Source: Eledone cirrhosa (lineage: Eukaryota). From it: DNA of 64,000 nucleotides. A model generated the notes under the pieces. It worked only from the letters and a program-made list of their open reading frames with translations, had not been told where the DNA came from and made no database searches. This document shows, one piece after another, positions 38,578 to 51,419 of this stretch (its first letter is position 1; every line of letters begins with the position of its first letter). The DNA lies in the NCBI GenBank assembly GCA_964016885.1, contig OZ024743.1:192138001-192202000 (forward strand), given 5' to 3'. A program made the translations under genes and the position numbers.

Positions 38578-41500
38578 TTCAGACATTGGTGTCCTTTGAT
38601 CAGTATTGTGAGCTTTGACAGAGTTATCATTTCTGTTCAATGTCATTTATTGTCGATAATGAGCAATAAAAACCAACAAGTATTGGTAGAAATTGCTTCC
38701 AAATTTATCGCTTCTGATAGCGGTGGTAATAAAACCTCATCATATGCTGAGTCTGGCAAAATGTTTGGTGCCTATGGCCGGCCAGAGCTAGAGTAATATT
38801 GAAAAACGATTCTATTTTCGAAGTAGAAGGATCCGCCATTTGGAGTTCAAACCAGGCCACCTCCCCGAGTTGAACTCTGGGCAACATTGACTGTCTATTA
38901 CTCAGTGGCTAAGAGCCTGGAAATTACTGAATAAATTTTTGTGTCATATAATTTGTTGTTTTATTATTATAGCTGACCACTTATAGATAAGCATGTTATC
39001 CATATCCATATTAATTTAGCATTTGTATAAACCATTTCAAGTAAATAGGGACCTTTTTTTACATTGACGGACATCTTTTATATTAATTATCTATATCTAT
39101 ATCTACATATAATATAAAAGATTGGAACTTCCATCATCCTTTTCAGAAACGTGGAACTACCACGTCTATGCAATTATACACGTTTTACAGTCAGGCAGAA
39201 GATGAACCATCTCCTAGAGGTCACTATTCTAGGTGGGAGCACCTAGAATTGTTCATATACTATGCACAAACGGTACAACGAAGAATCTGGTATATCTGGA
39301 AGATTTTTTTTACTGTTTTTGGTATCACACAGACACCACGGACTCGCCTCATACTGTAACCAGACAAACATCCAATACAGTCATTTTCTCTTTTACCTGT
39401 CTTCTCTTATCATGTTTACCCGGGCGAAGCTGGGTACATCAGCTAGTATATATATATATATATGTGAGGTATCAAAGTATATCAAATATGTTTGATTTCT
39501 CTGCATCTGGCGTACATACTTTTCTTAAAAATATGTGCCTTGTATATATACAATATATTGTATATTCTCTTGGATATATGGTTCTCTCTCTCTCTATATA
39601 TATATATATAAGTTAATAACAAAAAACAATAACGAAGAGTGCAGTACAAACAGTGTTGGTATTAGGTTCACACTTGAGAGTGGGGGGGGGGGGGCGACAT
39701 ACATATATCTTTTAATTTTGAATTATATATATGTATGTATGTATGTTTTATATTTTTAAAAATCCTAAAATTGAAATCCAGAGATGCAAATATTTTGATT
39801 TGAATTCACATATCTGCTGAGCAGATCAATACTGGAGTCAGGTCTATCACATATGTTACATTCAATATGCAATATAACAATTTAAAGTGAAACTTTTTAT
39901 CTAACGCATAATATATATGTGTGTGTGCATATATTATATATAGTGGAAATAAGGAAAATCCTTGATACAGTAAATTAATGGAGAAGTTTGGCTGCTGGTT
40001 TCTGTCCTCTGAAGCCTATTTGCCCATTGCTGTCTTTGACAGCATTTAGCTCTTTTATCGGCTGTTCTAATGATGAGTTTTCTCATTTATATATATATAT
40101 ATATATATTCAGTTTTTATGTTTATTTTTATTTTTTGCTCTGACATCTTAGCAACTGGCAACCATCCTCTTAAATTCATATAGTAAACACATTGCACAAC
40201 ATCACTCTTAGCTCTGCAAATCCTCTAATTTATTCACTAGGACTCACTGCCACACCAAGTCTTATATCCATGTTTGCTTCAGTTAAACTCTGTGACCCAA
40301 CAGAAGGAGACTTATGTTAAATTAGTTATTAGTTGCCACATCTATAACCAACTTGAATAACTTTCATATATCATTAACCTACACTTAACTAGCTAATTCT
40401 GCCAACAGACTACAGATTATGTTGTCAAAGTTCTTCATTAAATCGACAAAGGCCAAACTGAATTATATATCTTTTACAGCTGTTTAATAAACAAAAAAAA
40501 TGTTCGTCTGTTCTTCTATATTCTGATACAAATCGATACTGTTTTCTACATGTCTACTCTTTCTTTCATTGGTTCAATAAATACATAGTATTTTTATTGT
40601 GTGTTCCAATCTTAATCCCACTAATGTCATATCTATCACAAAGATGATCGATATAATTATAATGATAAAAATCTGACTAAAGCCAATATATAATGGTTTC
40701 TGATTTAGGCACGAGGTCAATAGTGTTTGGGGAAGGAGAAGTCGATTAAATTGCTCCCAGTGTGTTACTGGTACATTATTTTATTGACCCCGTAAGGATG
40801 AAAAGCAAAGCTAACCTTGGTGGGATTCGAACTAAGAATGTAAAGGGCCATAATCTATATGCCACAAAGCAAGTTGTCCCACACTCTACCAATACTGCCA
40901 ATCCACCACCCTATATACTGCATATAATGACAAGAGTTAATATACTAACAAACAACTAGAACCACTTGGCTAGAGGTCTGTAAAATATTTGTGTGTCTGT
41001 TATGAGTTCAAATCAAACAAAAATCTTCTTCAATAACAAATTTTTCAAGCTAAATATTTTACTATGATTCATTCTCAATGACTATATATGTAATCCACAG
41101 TATGAAGAAAGGCCGTACAAGAACTTTGTTGAATGAACACAGCAGCACAATGCTCCAGTATATGAAACATTAGAAAACCAAGGCCACAAGTCAAACCACA
41201 TGGAATTTGTACCAGCTTTTGATACCAGGCACTGTAAGCTTAACTTGCCACGTGCAAGTGAAAATAACAATGAGAGACACTGGACAGAAAAATAGTCCAC
41301 AAATTGAATGTGCTCATAGGAAAGAACACCCTGGAACACAAGCTAACCACGTTCAGAGACATTGTTTATGCAGTATGCAAATACACAAGTCTCTAGTATC
41401 CACATGGCTAAATGTCAGCAGAAGGGGCACCCAGGAGTCATGGCCTGGGTGTGGCCGGCACCCTTAGAGTGTAATTAGTTAATGGGCAAAACACTTGCTT

Positions 41501-44186
41501 GAAGGGGGGGGGGGGGTCTTCTCTGAAGACCTGCTGCTTTCCAGCTCTCCTGAGAGTTTCTTACCACAGTAGTGAGAGTAAGCAGGTCAAACTACTAACA
41601 ACTAACACTGTATAATTTATTTCCATGCCATAGAAAGGGATTATTTGAGATTCAAAACAAATAACAATATCTGAATCTGTAGATGGTCAGTACTAACATG
41701 GAAATTGCAAATTTAATTGAACGTGGAAGAAAATGTAAATTTTATGGAGAAAAGTAAACAGGACATAACAGAATTTAATAAATAGAAAAAGCATTTTGGC
41801 ATGGTATAAAATAAGAAAAAAGTACATTGTAAAATATAGGGAAATATGAGAATTGCTACATTAAGAGACAGTTTGAATGTACTCACTAAATAAGTAAATA
41901 AAAATTATTCAAAAATTTGTTAATCTTCTTTTCTTTAATTATTATTTTTATAGTTTTATATTTTTATTGATTTTCACAGAAAATGCTTGCATTTGACACT
42001 GGCATATTTATTCCTGGATCATGCTTAACTGTTTACTCAAGAAGAATGATTTTACTTGCAATGACATATTAATCATCTTAGATGCTGAATAGTTTGGTGA
42101 TGGCTTTTATTGAAGCGCTGACAGCTTTCACCTTCCAACATTCATGTAACATTTCCTTTTCTATTTATTAAGCTTAAATTGCACATAATTTGTCAGATAT
42201 AATTTTTAAACAATGACTGAGTTACACATTGTCAACAGCATTTGAATATGTTAGGAAGGATAAGATTGTATACAAACTTATAGGATAAAAATACTCTATT
42301 AGAAAGTTAAATACAGAATTTAAAAACATGTGTCCAAGTCAATAATAATTTATTCTAATAAAGCTTACTTTGAACAGATCTTAAAAGAATTTTTAGCAGG
42401 TTTTTTAATTGAAACATGTTCTGAAAGACTATGGAAAACGTATCAAATACTTGAAGCAATGAAATATAAATAAATCAGTAAATAAATCCAAATCAGTAAA
42501 GAAAATCATTTAGAAAAGTCCATATAATCCTGATAGACGATTTCCTGACAACCAAAATCAACAATGAAAAGTTTGCTACAAATGTATTGATAAAAAGAAA
42601 ACTGAAAAATCCAGTGCAAGTGTTATATAAACATACATGTGGAACTGACAACAAATTCAAGATATATCACTTCACTGTTATCAGATTTCAATGTAGCTAG
42701 ACAAATATACCAGCATTATTAGATCTGGTAGTATATTGGCAGAAATGATGGTGCATTAAACACTACATCATTAAATTCTGTGTCTCTGTTTTCTAAGATA
42801 AAATCCTATTAAGATCTCTACTATTCCTCTCATGAAGATCGATAAAATGAGAACTAGTAAGATACAGGTGTTCATATAATTAACCACTTCCCTCAAAACA
42901 TTTAAACTGTGAGAAATCAAAAGAAATTAACATCAAACCAATATCAGATCTGGTGTTTGTAACTATTCATTTGATTGTTACAAGGTCCATTGAAACATTG
43001 CAATGGGACCATCATATTTCATAAGCCAGAAGTCACTGAGACACAGTATTTTGTATTTATTCTATAATAGTCATTTTTTTCAAAACTCTCAATGTGCCTC
43101 CCCAACCAATTAAATCTACCTGTTTCAGCTTTCCAGCCAACGACATATACTGTTTATCTGCCACTTTTTCATCTCAAAGCATTATTCTGTAAAACAGCAG
43201 TCTTTGAAAATCAATTTCCTTTCAAAACACATAGTAATCCCTAAATTTCTTTCCTGAATACACTAATTCCCTACTTTTCAAGCTTCATAATAGCATAACT
43301 GTAGCTCATTCCTCTAATTTGAAGATCAGTAATCATTATTCCTACTCAGAAGAGGAGACTGTTGGGTGTGCATGTGATTCACATGGATGATGATCTCTGG
43401 ATGAAGAAGTGCCAAGAAATCTCAGTGGAAGAAAGCTGCATTAGAGGGAGACCAGAGCAGAGATAGTGACAGCTGATAACAAATCGCTGAAGCTCACACA
43501 GGAGATGACAAAGAAGCGCAATGAATTGATGGATGCTGTGCCAGAAAAGACCCATCCAATTCATGTTAGTACAGAAAACCTGATGTAAGATGATATTGAT
43601 GATGATGACAATGTTAAAAATAAGATTAATTAATCGGAAAAGAAGTGTGATATTTGAAGTTTATTGATCAATAAAGAAATACTATTGCATCTGATGATAA
43701 ATTAGTCACCACATTAGTGTGTGACTCATAAATCTATTTGGTGTTTATTAATCACTATGCTATTATGCTTCAAGCCATATATCAGAAAAGCTAATTAATC
43801 TGCTGTAATTAGTGCAATACCAATGAAATTCAACATGTTATTAAACAACTAATGTATCTTGTACCAAGCTAATCTCTCTTCATTACGATCTGTGCATAAC
43901 TAGAATGGATAATATCTCACATCATATTTATATATTCTCAATTGTACATATGATGTCTGGAAAGCTAGTTATGGTAACTTTGATCTATTTACAAATCTCA
44001 AAGATTAATGAAAATAATTAGATAAATGCACTTAATTGTTGTACAACTTCGATAAATTCAAGAAATTTGTTTGAAAATATAAACACAGCAAGATATCAAT
44101 TCCATAATAAATTTATGAGCTTAACAAATGATAAACAAATGTGAAAATCCTACATATGTAAATATATATATATAAATATATAGATA

Positions 44187-44530
44187 GGCACATGGCTTAG
44201 TGGTTAGAGCATTGGCCTTGCAATCGAAAGGTTGTGAGTTCAATTCTCAGACCGGGTGATGTGTTGTTTCCTTGAGCAAGACACTTTATTTCACATTGCT
44301 CCAGTTTACTCAGCTGTAGAAATGAGATGATAGGGACTGGGGTCCCTATCATTCCACTGCAAAGTGGACGTGGAGGTGCCACGGCAAAAAAGCACCCAGC
44401 ACTCACTGTAAATGAGGTTGGTGTTAGGAAGGGCATCCAACTGTAGAAATCAAGCCAGAATCAGTTCCCGTCCCACCCTTGCAAGCAGGGAAAAAGCGGA
44501 CATAAAATGGAATGATGATGAATGATGAGA
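44187..44530 (+). mobile_element. tRNA-headed SINE with RTE-derived tail
   Basis: A-box TGGCTTAGTGG, B-box GAGTTCAATTC, central CCTTGAGCAAGACACTT block, tail matching the LINE 3' UTR, and a (GAT/GAAT)n end. Confidence 0.85.
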
Positions 44531-44793
44531 TAGATTTATATGTGCTTCTTTAAATGTCTATCTATAGCTAAACAAAATTACATTTCCTGTAAATATTGAT
44601 CTCTAATTTAGGAGTTACTACAAGTAAATAACATCAGCAATTGAAAGACTAATGGAAACATTGTTTCCTTGGTCCAATTTGATGAGTTCTACCCCACACG
44701 GTATGCAAAAGAGGTCTGGGATCTTGTTGATCAAACTCTATCTAATTTAGGCACAAGGCCAGAAAAATTTGAGGAATGGGTAAAGTTGATTAA

Positions 44794-45012
44794 CCCTTTA
44801 GCATTTACACTACTCTAGATTTACTATTGTATTTTCACAGTAGAGGCTTTATCTCACATAATTATTTCACATTATCGAAGCCACGAGATTTTGATATTTT
44901 TTTTTTTTAGAACAATACCTTAACATTGGTATGAGCAGCCAGTTATGGCCAGTTTGAACAGAAAGGGGTGAGAGGATTCTGGTCAGATATGACTGGTTTA
45001 AATGCTAAAGGG
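44794..45012. mobile_element. piggyBac-type MITE nested in a SINE
   Basis: TTAA|CCCTTTAGCATTTA...TAAATGCTAAAGGG|TTAA; the flanks are the two halves of a SINE. Confidence 0.85.
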
Positions 45013-46400
45013 TTAAATCAACCTCAGTATACTTGACAGGCACTTTGTTTTATTGAGCACAGAAAGATAAGCAAAGTTGACCATGGCAGGATTTGAAATC
45101 AGAATGTAAAGATCTAGAACAAATACTGCAATGTCATTTTATCCAATGCTCTACCAATTTTGCTAATCGACCACCATTATATTTCCTTTGAATATAAACA
45201 CCAATATGCTTCAATGGATATGTAATAGTAATATACATGAACAGCAAAGCAGAAATGAATTGAAAGAAAAACTGGGCATAAGAGGAATCAGATGCAATGT
45301 GCAGGAGAGGAGAATGCATTGGTATGGACATGTGGTGCATATGAAGGATGATAGCTGTATAAAAAGGTGCAGGGCACTCAAAGTTGATGGAAACTATAGA
45401 ATAGGAAGACCTAGGAAGTCTTGGGAGGTGATAAAAGCTGACCTTGCACAATTGCACCTCTCAAAGGCCTTTGACAAAAAGCACCCAGTCCAGACTGTAA
45501 ATGTTGTTGGTGTTAAGGAAGGGCATCCAGCCATAGAGACCAAGCCAGAAACAGTTCTGTATGAGCAAGACATGGTCATTTGAACTGGCTTATCTCACAA
45601 GACAACTAGTCTAACCCATGCTAGCATGCAAAAATGGGCATTAAACAGTGATGATGAAGATGATGAACAAGAACATATTCATCAGAATGATAGATGAACA
45701 GATCAAATTACACTCTCTTGATATTTTCAATTATAAAATAAAGTTGTGATATGTGTACAAGCAAAAGAGAGAATTTGTGTATTTATATGTGGGGAGTGGG
45801 ATTGTATACTCGTGTGCATTGAAAAGACAGACCCTGTACTAATGTGTGTGTATATAAATGTGTTAGAGAGACAGGTGTGTTTGTACCAGTGTGTGTAGAG
45901 AGAGAAAAAGAGAAGATATAATAAGTGTGTGCATGAATTTATTACAGAGAACAGTGTGTGTGTGTGTGTGTGTGAAAGGATTCTTTAAGGAGACGCTGTA
46001 ATAATTATAATGCAATTCAGTAAACTGTTTTGTTGGTGAGAAAATTAAAGCATGAACATTTATCAGTCTTCATTTGTAAGCCACTTCTGAAACTTCATAG
46101 TGGTTTAAGTAAAACAAGCAGAATGAAGGCGGGTCAGTATTTAAACTAAATTTCAAAAGAAAAGAAATTACCTTAAACATTCAATAGCAAATATTTAGCA
46201 AATTCTAAGGTGGTCTAATGGTTAGGGTGTTGGATTTAGAATCATAATGTCATGGGTTCGATTCCTGAACTGGGTTGTGTGTTATGTTCTAGAACAGAGG
46301 TTCTCAAAGTGGGCTCTATCGCCTCACTGGGAGCATTGAGCAGGTCCAGGGGGCAATAGAAATGATATAATAGTATAACAACTAATACATATATATACAT

Positions 46401-48054
46401 AGTACGACAACTACAGGAGAAGTACCTAGCTAAAGGTAAACCCCTCTACTTAGCTTTTGTCGACCTGGAGAAAGCCTTCGACAGAGTCCCCCGCTCCATT
46501 ATCTGGTGGGCTCTTAGAAAACTAGGCGTTGACGAATGGCTTGTGAGGGCTATACAAGCCATGTATAAAGAAACAGTCAGCAAGGTTAGAATTAACAACG
46601 AATATAGTGAAGAGTTTAGTGTAAAAGTTGGCGTCCATCAGGGCTCTGTTCTCAGCCCCCTACTATTTATTATTGCCCTTCAGGCTATAACAGAGGAGTT
46701 CAAGACAGGCTGCCCATGGGAACTCCTATACGCAGACGACCTGACACTCATAGCGGAATCAATGGCCGAGCTAGAGAAGAAATTCCAAACATGGAAGCAC
46801 GGCCTAGAGTCAAAAGGACTTAAAATTAACCTGGCTAAGACCAAAGTTCTAGTTTGTAGGAAAGAAAACAAGGCGGCGGTCCCTTCTGGGAAATGGTCGT
46901 GCTCGGTATGTAGGAAAGGCGTAGGTAGAAACTCCATCTTATGTCCTAAATGCAAAGTATGGGTGCATAAAAGATGTAGTGGGATCACAGGTAAGCTAAC
47001 TAAGAACATAGACTTTACATGTGGCCGGTGTTCTGGTGCAATAAGTAGCAGCAAGTGCCCACAAAATACTAGCTCTTTCAATTGCGCAGAGGGTTCTATA
47101 GAAATAGTGGACAGCTTCCGTTACCTGGGCGATAAAATCAGCAGTGGGGGAGGGTGCTCTGAAAGTACTGTAGCTAGAGTCAGAACTGGTTGGAAAAAGT
47201 TCAGAGAGCTTATACCACTATTAGCTGCTAAAGGGTTCTCCCTAAAAATGAAAGGCAGGTTGTACGATGCCTGCATACGAACAGCAATGTTGCATGGTAG
47301 TGAGACCTGGGCATTGTGTGCAGAGGATATACGCAGACTAGAGAGGAACGAAGCTTGCATGCTCCGCTGGATGTGTAATAGTAATATACGTGAACGGCAA
47401 AGCATAAACGAACTAAGGAAAAAATTAGAGATAAGAGGGATCAGATGTTGTTTACTCGAGAGAAGGCTGCGTTGGTATGGACATGTGATGCGCATGAAAG
47501 TCGATAGCTGTATTACAAAGTGCAGGGCAATAAAGATAGACGGTAGCCACGGAATAGGCAGACCTAGAAAAACATGGGATGAGCTGATAAACTCCGACCT
47601 CACACACTTACACCTCTCCAAGACAATGTCACTGGACCGTGACCTTTGGCGGTACTCAGTAACAGAGAAGACCCGCCTTGCCAGTAGGCATCTCTAACAA
47701 AATACACCCCGTCCCGCCACCACCCCCACCCCATCCACACCACCCCGTTTCTATGTAAAGTTATGTTGGTGCCACGCCATCCAGGCCGAAACAAATGAGA
47801 TCGTGTAGGTGTCACGACAAAAAAACACACAGTCCACGCTGTAATGTGGCCGTGTAGGCAACACGGTAAAAACCTCCCAGACCCACACTGTAAATGTGGT
47901 TGGTGTTAGGAAGGGCATCCAACTGTAGAAAACCTGCCAGACAGTCCTATGCGAGCAAGACAATCACTCTTGCCTCAAGTGGGACTACCCCCGTCCAAAC
48001 CCATGCAAGCGTGGAACACGGACGTTAAACGTTGATGATGATGATGATGATGAT
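46401..48054 (+). mobile_element. 5'-truncated young RTE LINE (RT through C-terminus open, with PHD-like finger)
   Basis: Starts at VRQLQEKYL..FVDLEKAFDRV; GVHQGSVLSP; LYADDL; ORF ends at 47697; (GAT)n tail. Confidence 0.93.
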
Positions 48055-48500
48055 ATAAATATAGTAAAATAAAATAAACATTTATCTATACATAGTATAT
48101 ATTATATTATCTATTATATATAAATTAATGATTTTATTTCGTCATGAGTGAATAATAATATAATAATTGTTTCTACTTTTGGCACAAGGCCAGCAATTAC
48201 CCCAGTGCATTACTGGTGCTTTTCATAATATTAATATTTGATTTGTTTACAAGTAAACAGCTTCATAAAACATCACACGGTAGAGATGACGACATGATCC
48301 TTTTATTCCAGCGGTAGCTGAGAGAAAGCAATCAACAATTTACAATTGTTAATTGTTTCGGAGTGTCTTGCTCCTTGTCAAGATTGTGTATTCTCTCGTC
48401 TCTGCTATCCCCTGGAACTGCTGTACTTGTGACAGCATCTAAACATCCACCTCTATACATAGTAATTTATTGTACAAAACAGAAGTGATAACCTACATAT

Positions 48501-49600
48501 CTGCGCAGAGGGCTCTATAGAAATAGTGGACAGCTTCCGTTACCTGGGTGACAAAATCAGCAGTGGGGGAGGGTGCTCTGAAAGTACAGTAGCTAGAGTC
48601 AGAACTGGATGGAAAAAGTTCAGAGAGCTTATACCACTATTAGCCGCAAAAGGGTTCTCCCTAAAAATGAAAGGCAGGTTGTATGATGCCTGCATACGAA
48701 CAGCAATGTTGCATGGCAGTGAGACCTGGGCATTGTGTGCAGAGGATATACGCAGATTAGAGAGGAACGAAGCTTGCATGCTCCGCTGGATGTGTAATAG
48801 TAATATACGTGAACGGCAAAGCATAAACGAACTAAGGAAAAAATTAGAAATAAGAGGGATCAGATGTTGTTTAATCGAGAGAAGGCTACGTTGGTATGGT
48901 CACGTGATGCGCATGAAAGACGACAGCTGTATAACAAAGTGCAGGGCAATAAAGATAGATGGTAGCCACGGAGTAGGCAGACCCAGGAAAACCTGGGACG
49001 AGCTGATAAATTCCGACCTCACACACTTACACCTCTCCAAGACAATGTCACTGGACCGAGACCTTTGGCGGTACTCAGTAACAGAGAAGACCCGCCTTAC
49101 CTAAATACAAAGTAAAACCTACTAGTCAGTAGGCATCTCTAACAAAATTCACCCCCGTCCCACCCCATCCACACTGCCCCCTTCAATGCAAAGTTATGTT
49201 GGTGCCACAACATCCAGGCCGAAACAAACGAGATCGTGTAAGTGTCACGACAAAAAAAAACACAGTCCACGCTGTAATGTGACCGTGTAGACAACACGGT
49301 AAAAACCTCCCAGTCCCACACTGTAAATGTGGTTGGTGTTAGGAAGGGCATCCAGCTGTAGAAAACACGCCAGACAGTCCACGCTGTAATGTGGCCGTGT
49401 AGGCAACACGGTAAAAACCTCCCAGCCCCACACTGTAAATGTGGTTGGTGTTAGGAAGGGCATCCAGCTGTAGAAAACCCGCCAGACAGTCCTATGCGAG
49501 CAAGACAACCACTCTTGCCTCAAGTGGGAAAACCCCCGTCCAAACCCATGCAAGCGTGGAACAGGGACGTTAAATGATGATGATGATGATGATGATGATG
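48501..49600 (+). mobile_element. 5'-truncated RTE LINE with a tandem duplication in the 3' UTR
   Basis: Near-identical to 47083-48054; ~113-bp block repeated (49261-49487); (GAT)n tail. Confidence 0.92.
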
Positions 49601-49662
49601 ATATTTATTCAAAATATTAACAAAAATAGACATATTTTAGAGGTACCGTCATGCATCATCTT

Positions 49663-49727
49663 ATTTTATCTGATGAGGACGTACTGTTGAAGATAACTCA
49701 GTACCTCTGAAATATGTATAATAAAAT
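49663..49727 (+). ncRNA. Hammerhead ribozyme-like motif inside an inverted repeat
   Basis: ATTTTAT-CTGATGA, stem II GTACTG...CAGTAC, GAAA-TATG-TA, then ATAAAAT. Enclosed by arms 49601-49633 / 49744-49776. Confidence 0.55.
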
Positions 49728-50632
49728 ATACTTGATCACACGAATGTCTATTTTTGTTAATATTTTGAATTAATATTAATAACTCCGGAAAACCATTACT
49801 GTGGAGTGCTTCTAATCTATTGTAAAACTTTATTCTCTGATTTATTCATTGAACCTTGTTTAACCTTTAAATATTTATAAGTATATGTATTCATTTCTCT
49901 TGCTAATCCCAAGTGTTCACATTTAACAGAGTGAATTGATGGCTCTATGTATGGACGTGTGTATTATTGGTGGGCAACCAATGTTATATTTTCAGATAAG
50001 ACATCAAGGATGATATATGGTTCTTTGTTATTGTTTTTTTTTTCTTTGCTTTTTTTTATGTGTTCAAATGTATAAATTTCTAATTGAAATTTTTTAAAAT
50101 TCTCTTCAAAGCTAACTGAAGCTAGAAAAAAGATTTATTTTTGAAGCAAAATTTCCTAAGATTTCTTACATAGGAAAGAAGGCAAAAACCTTTTGAAAAA
50201 GGCAAGTTGTCGATTAAGTCAACCCCCACCCTCATAATATGTAACTGATATATATTTTATCAACCCTGAAAGGATAAACAGTAAAGTGAACCAAACAGGA
50301 TTTGCAAAGTTTTCTATTTGATGCTTTATTGATTATGCCAATTCATTGCCAATATAGAAAAGGTGGTTGCTCAGAAAATAGAGCAAGAAAAAGAAAAAGA
50401 ACAGGCTTGAAAAAGTTAAGTTACAACATTGGTTGATAACAATGAGTGATGGGTAGATTGTATGATGCCTATGTGAGACATGGCTGGTAAAAGCAGATGA
50501 TATATAGAGACTGTAGAGAAATTAAATAAGCACGAACCTTTGGATGTGCATGGAAAAGTAGCCATAAAATGATAATGATGTTGATAAATAATAAAGCACA
50601 ATTACAGATAGTAACCAAAAGAGCATACTCAC

Positions 50633-50712
50633 TGGCTAGGATTCCAAGCGATACCCCATATTGGGTTATTTTGGGCATCAGGTCGCTCAATACGTACTTT
50701 CTGCTCACCCAT
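50633..50712 (-). CDS. IFT122: IFT122 internal coding exon (MGEQKVRIERPDAQNNPIWGIAWNPS + 2 nt)
   Basis: Minus strand tttag|ATGGGT...AGCCA|gtgagt. 80 nt ending in phase 2. Resembles vertebrate IFT122 [26 protein letters not shown] as recalled. Confidence 0.9.
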
Positions 50713-51091
50713 CTAAATATAAACACAAAGATATATTAGTATTAGTAACTACAAAATCAAATTCATTAGTTACATGAGAGTATGAGATTACAGACTAAAA
50801 TAATGGTAAAGCCTCTTAGAATAAAATATTCAGAGTATTAATACTGAATGTGAATTTTTTTTTTTTTTTTTCTATTGAAAACAGATAAATGAAAAGCAGT
50901 GAAGTGGCAGAATCATTAGAATGCCAGATAGAAGGCTTTGCAAAATTTGTTCCAGCTGTTCTGAGTCCAAATCCCATTGAGGTTAACTTTGCCTTTTATC
51001 TTTTTGATGTTTATAAATAGTACCAGTTCAATACTGGTTCAATTCTTCCTCTCTCCATTTCTTTCTAGTCATATAGGAGGGTCAGACTGTC

Positions 51092-51123
<32 letters not shown>

Positions 51124-51419
51124 TCAGTTGAGTTTCCCTTCAGTTTTATTATTAGTTAGATAACTAATACAATTGCTCTGATTATGTTCTTTTTACTTCA
51201 TCTTGATATATATATATATATATTGTAGTAAAAACTTGGTGTAAATCCCAGGGTTTAGAGCACTCAGTCCATTGGATGAGTTATGTATTATCAGTTGACA
51301 ACAGCGGCATTATGCAGACACTCAAGTTTCATTGGGTTTAATAGCAAACTGAATAAGTTGGTGTTAAACCCAACAAAACATAATGCCACTGTTGTGAACT
51401 GATTATATATATATATATA

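Larger units (their letters stand above)
33286..39446 (+). mobile_element. Decayed autonomous-type Helitron (composite)
   Basis: Candidate 5' A|TC at 33286; 3' hairpin TACCCGG-GCGAAG-CTGGGTA, then CTAG|T at 39443-39447; contains Rep/PIF1 helicase remnants. Confidence 0.88.

Noticed and set aside
44190-44260. tRNA gene
   Set aside because: A/B boxes are present but continue into SINE body and LINE tail; this is a SINE head, not a tRNA.
46680-47621. Long antisense ORFs over LINE copies (also 54820..55452 and 62963..63463)
   Set aside because: Shadow ORFs of the RT coding strand with no recognisable domains.
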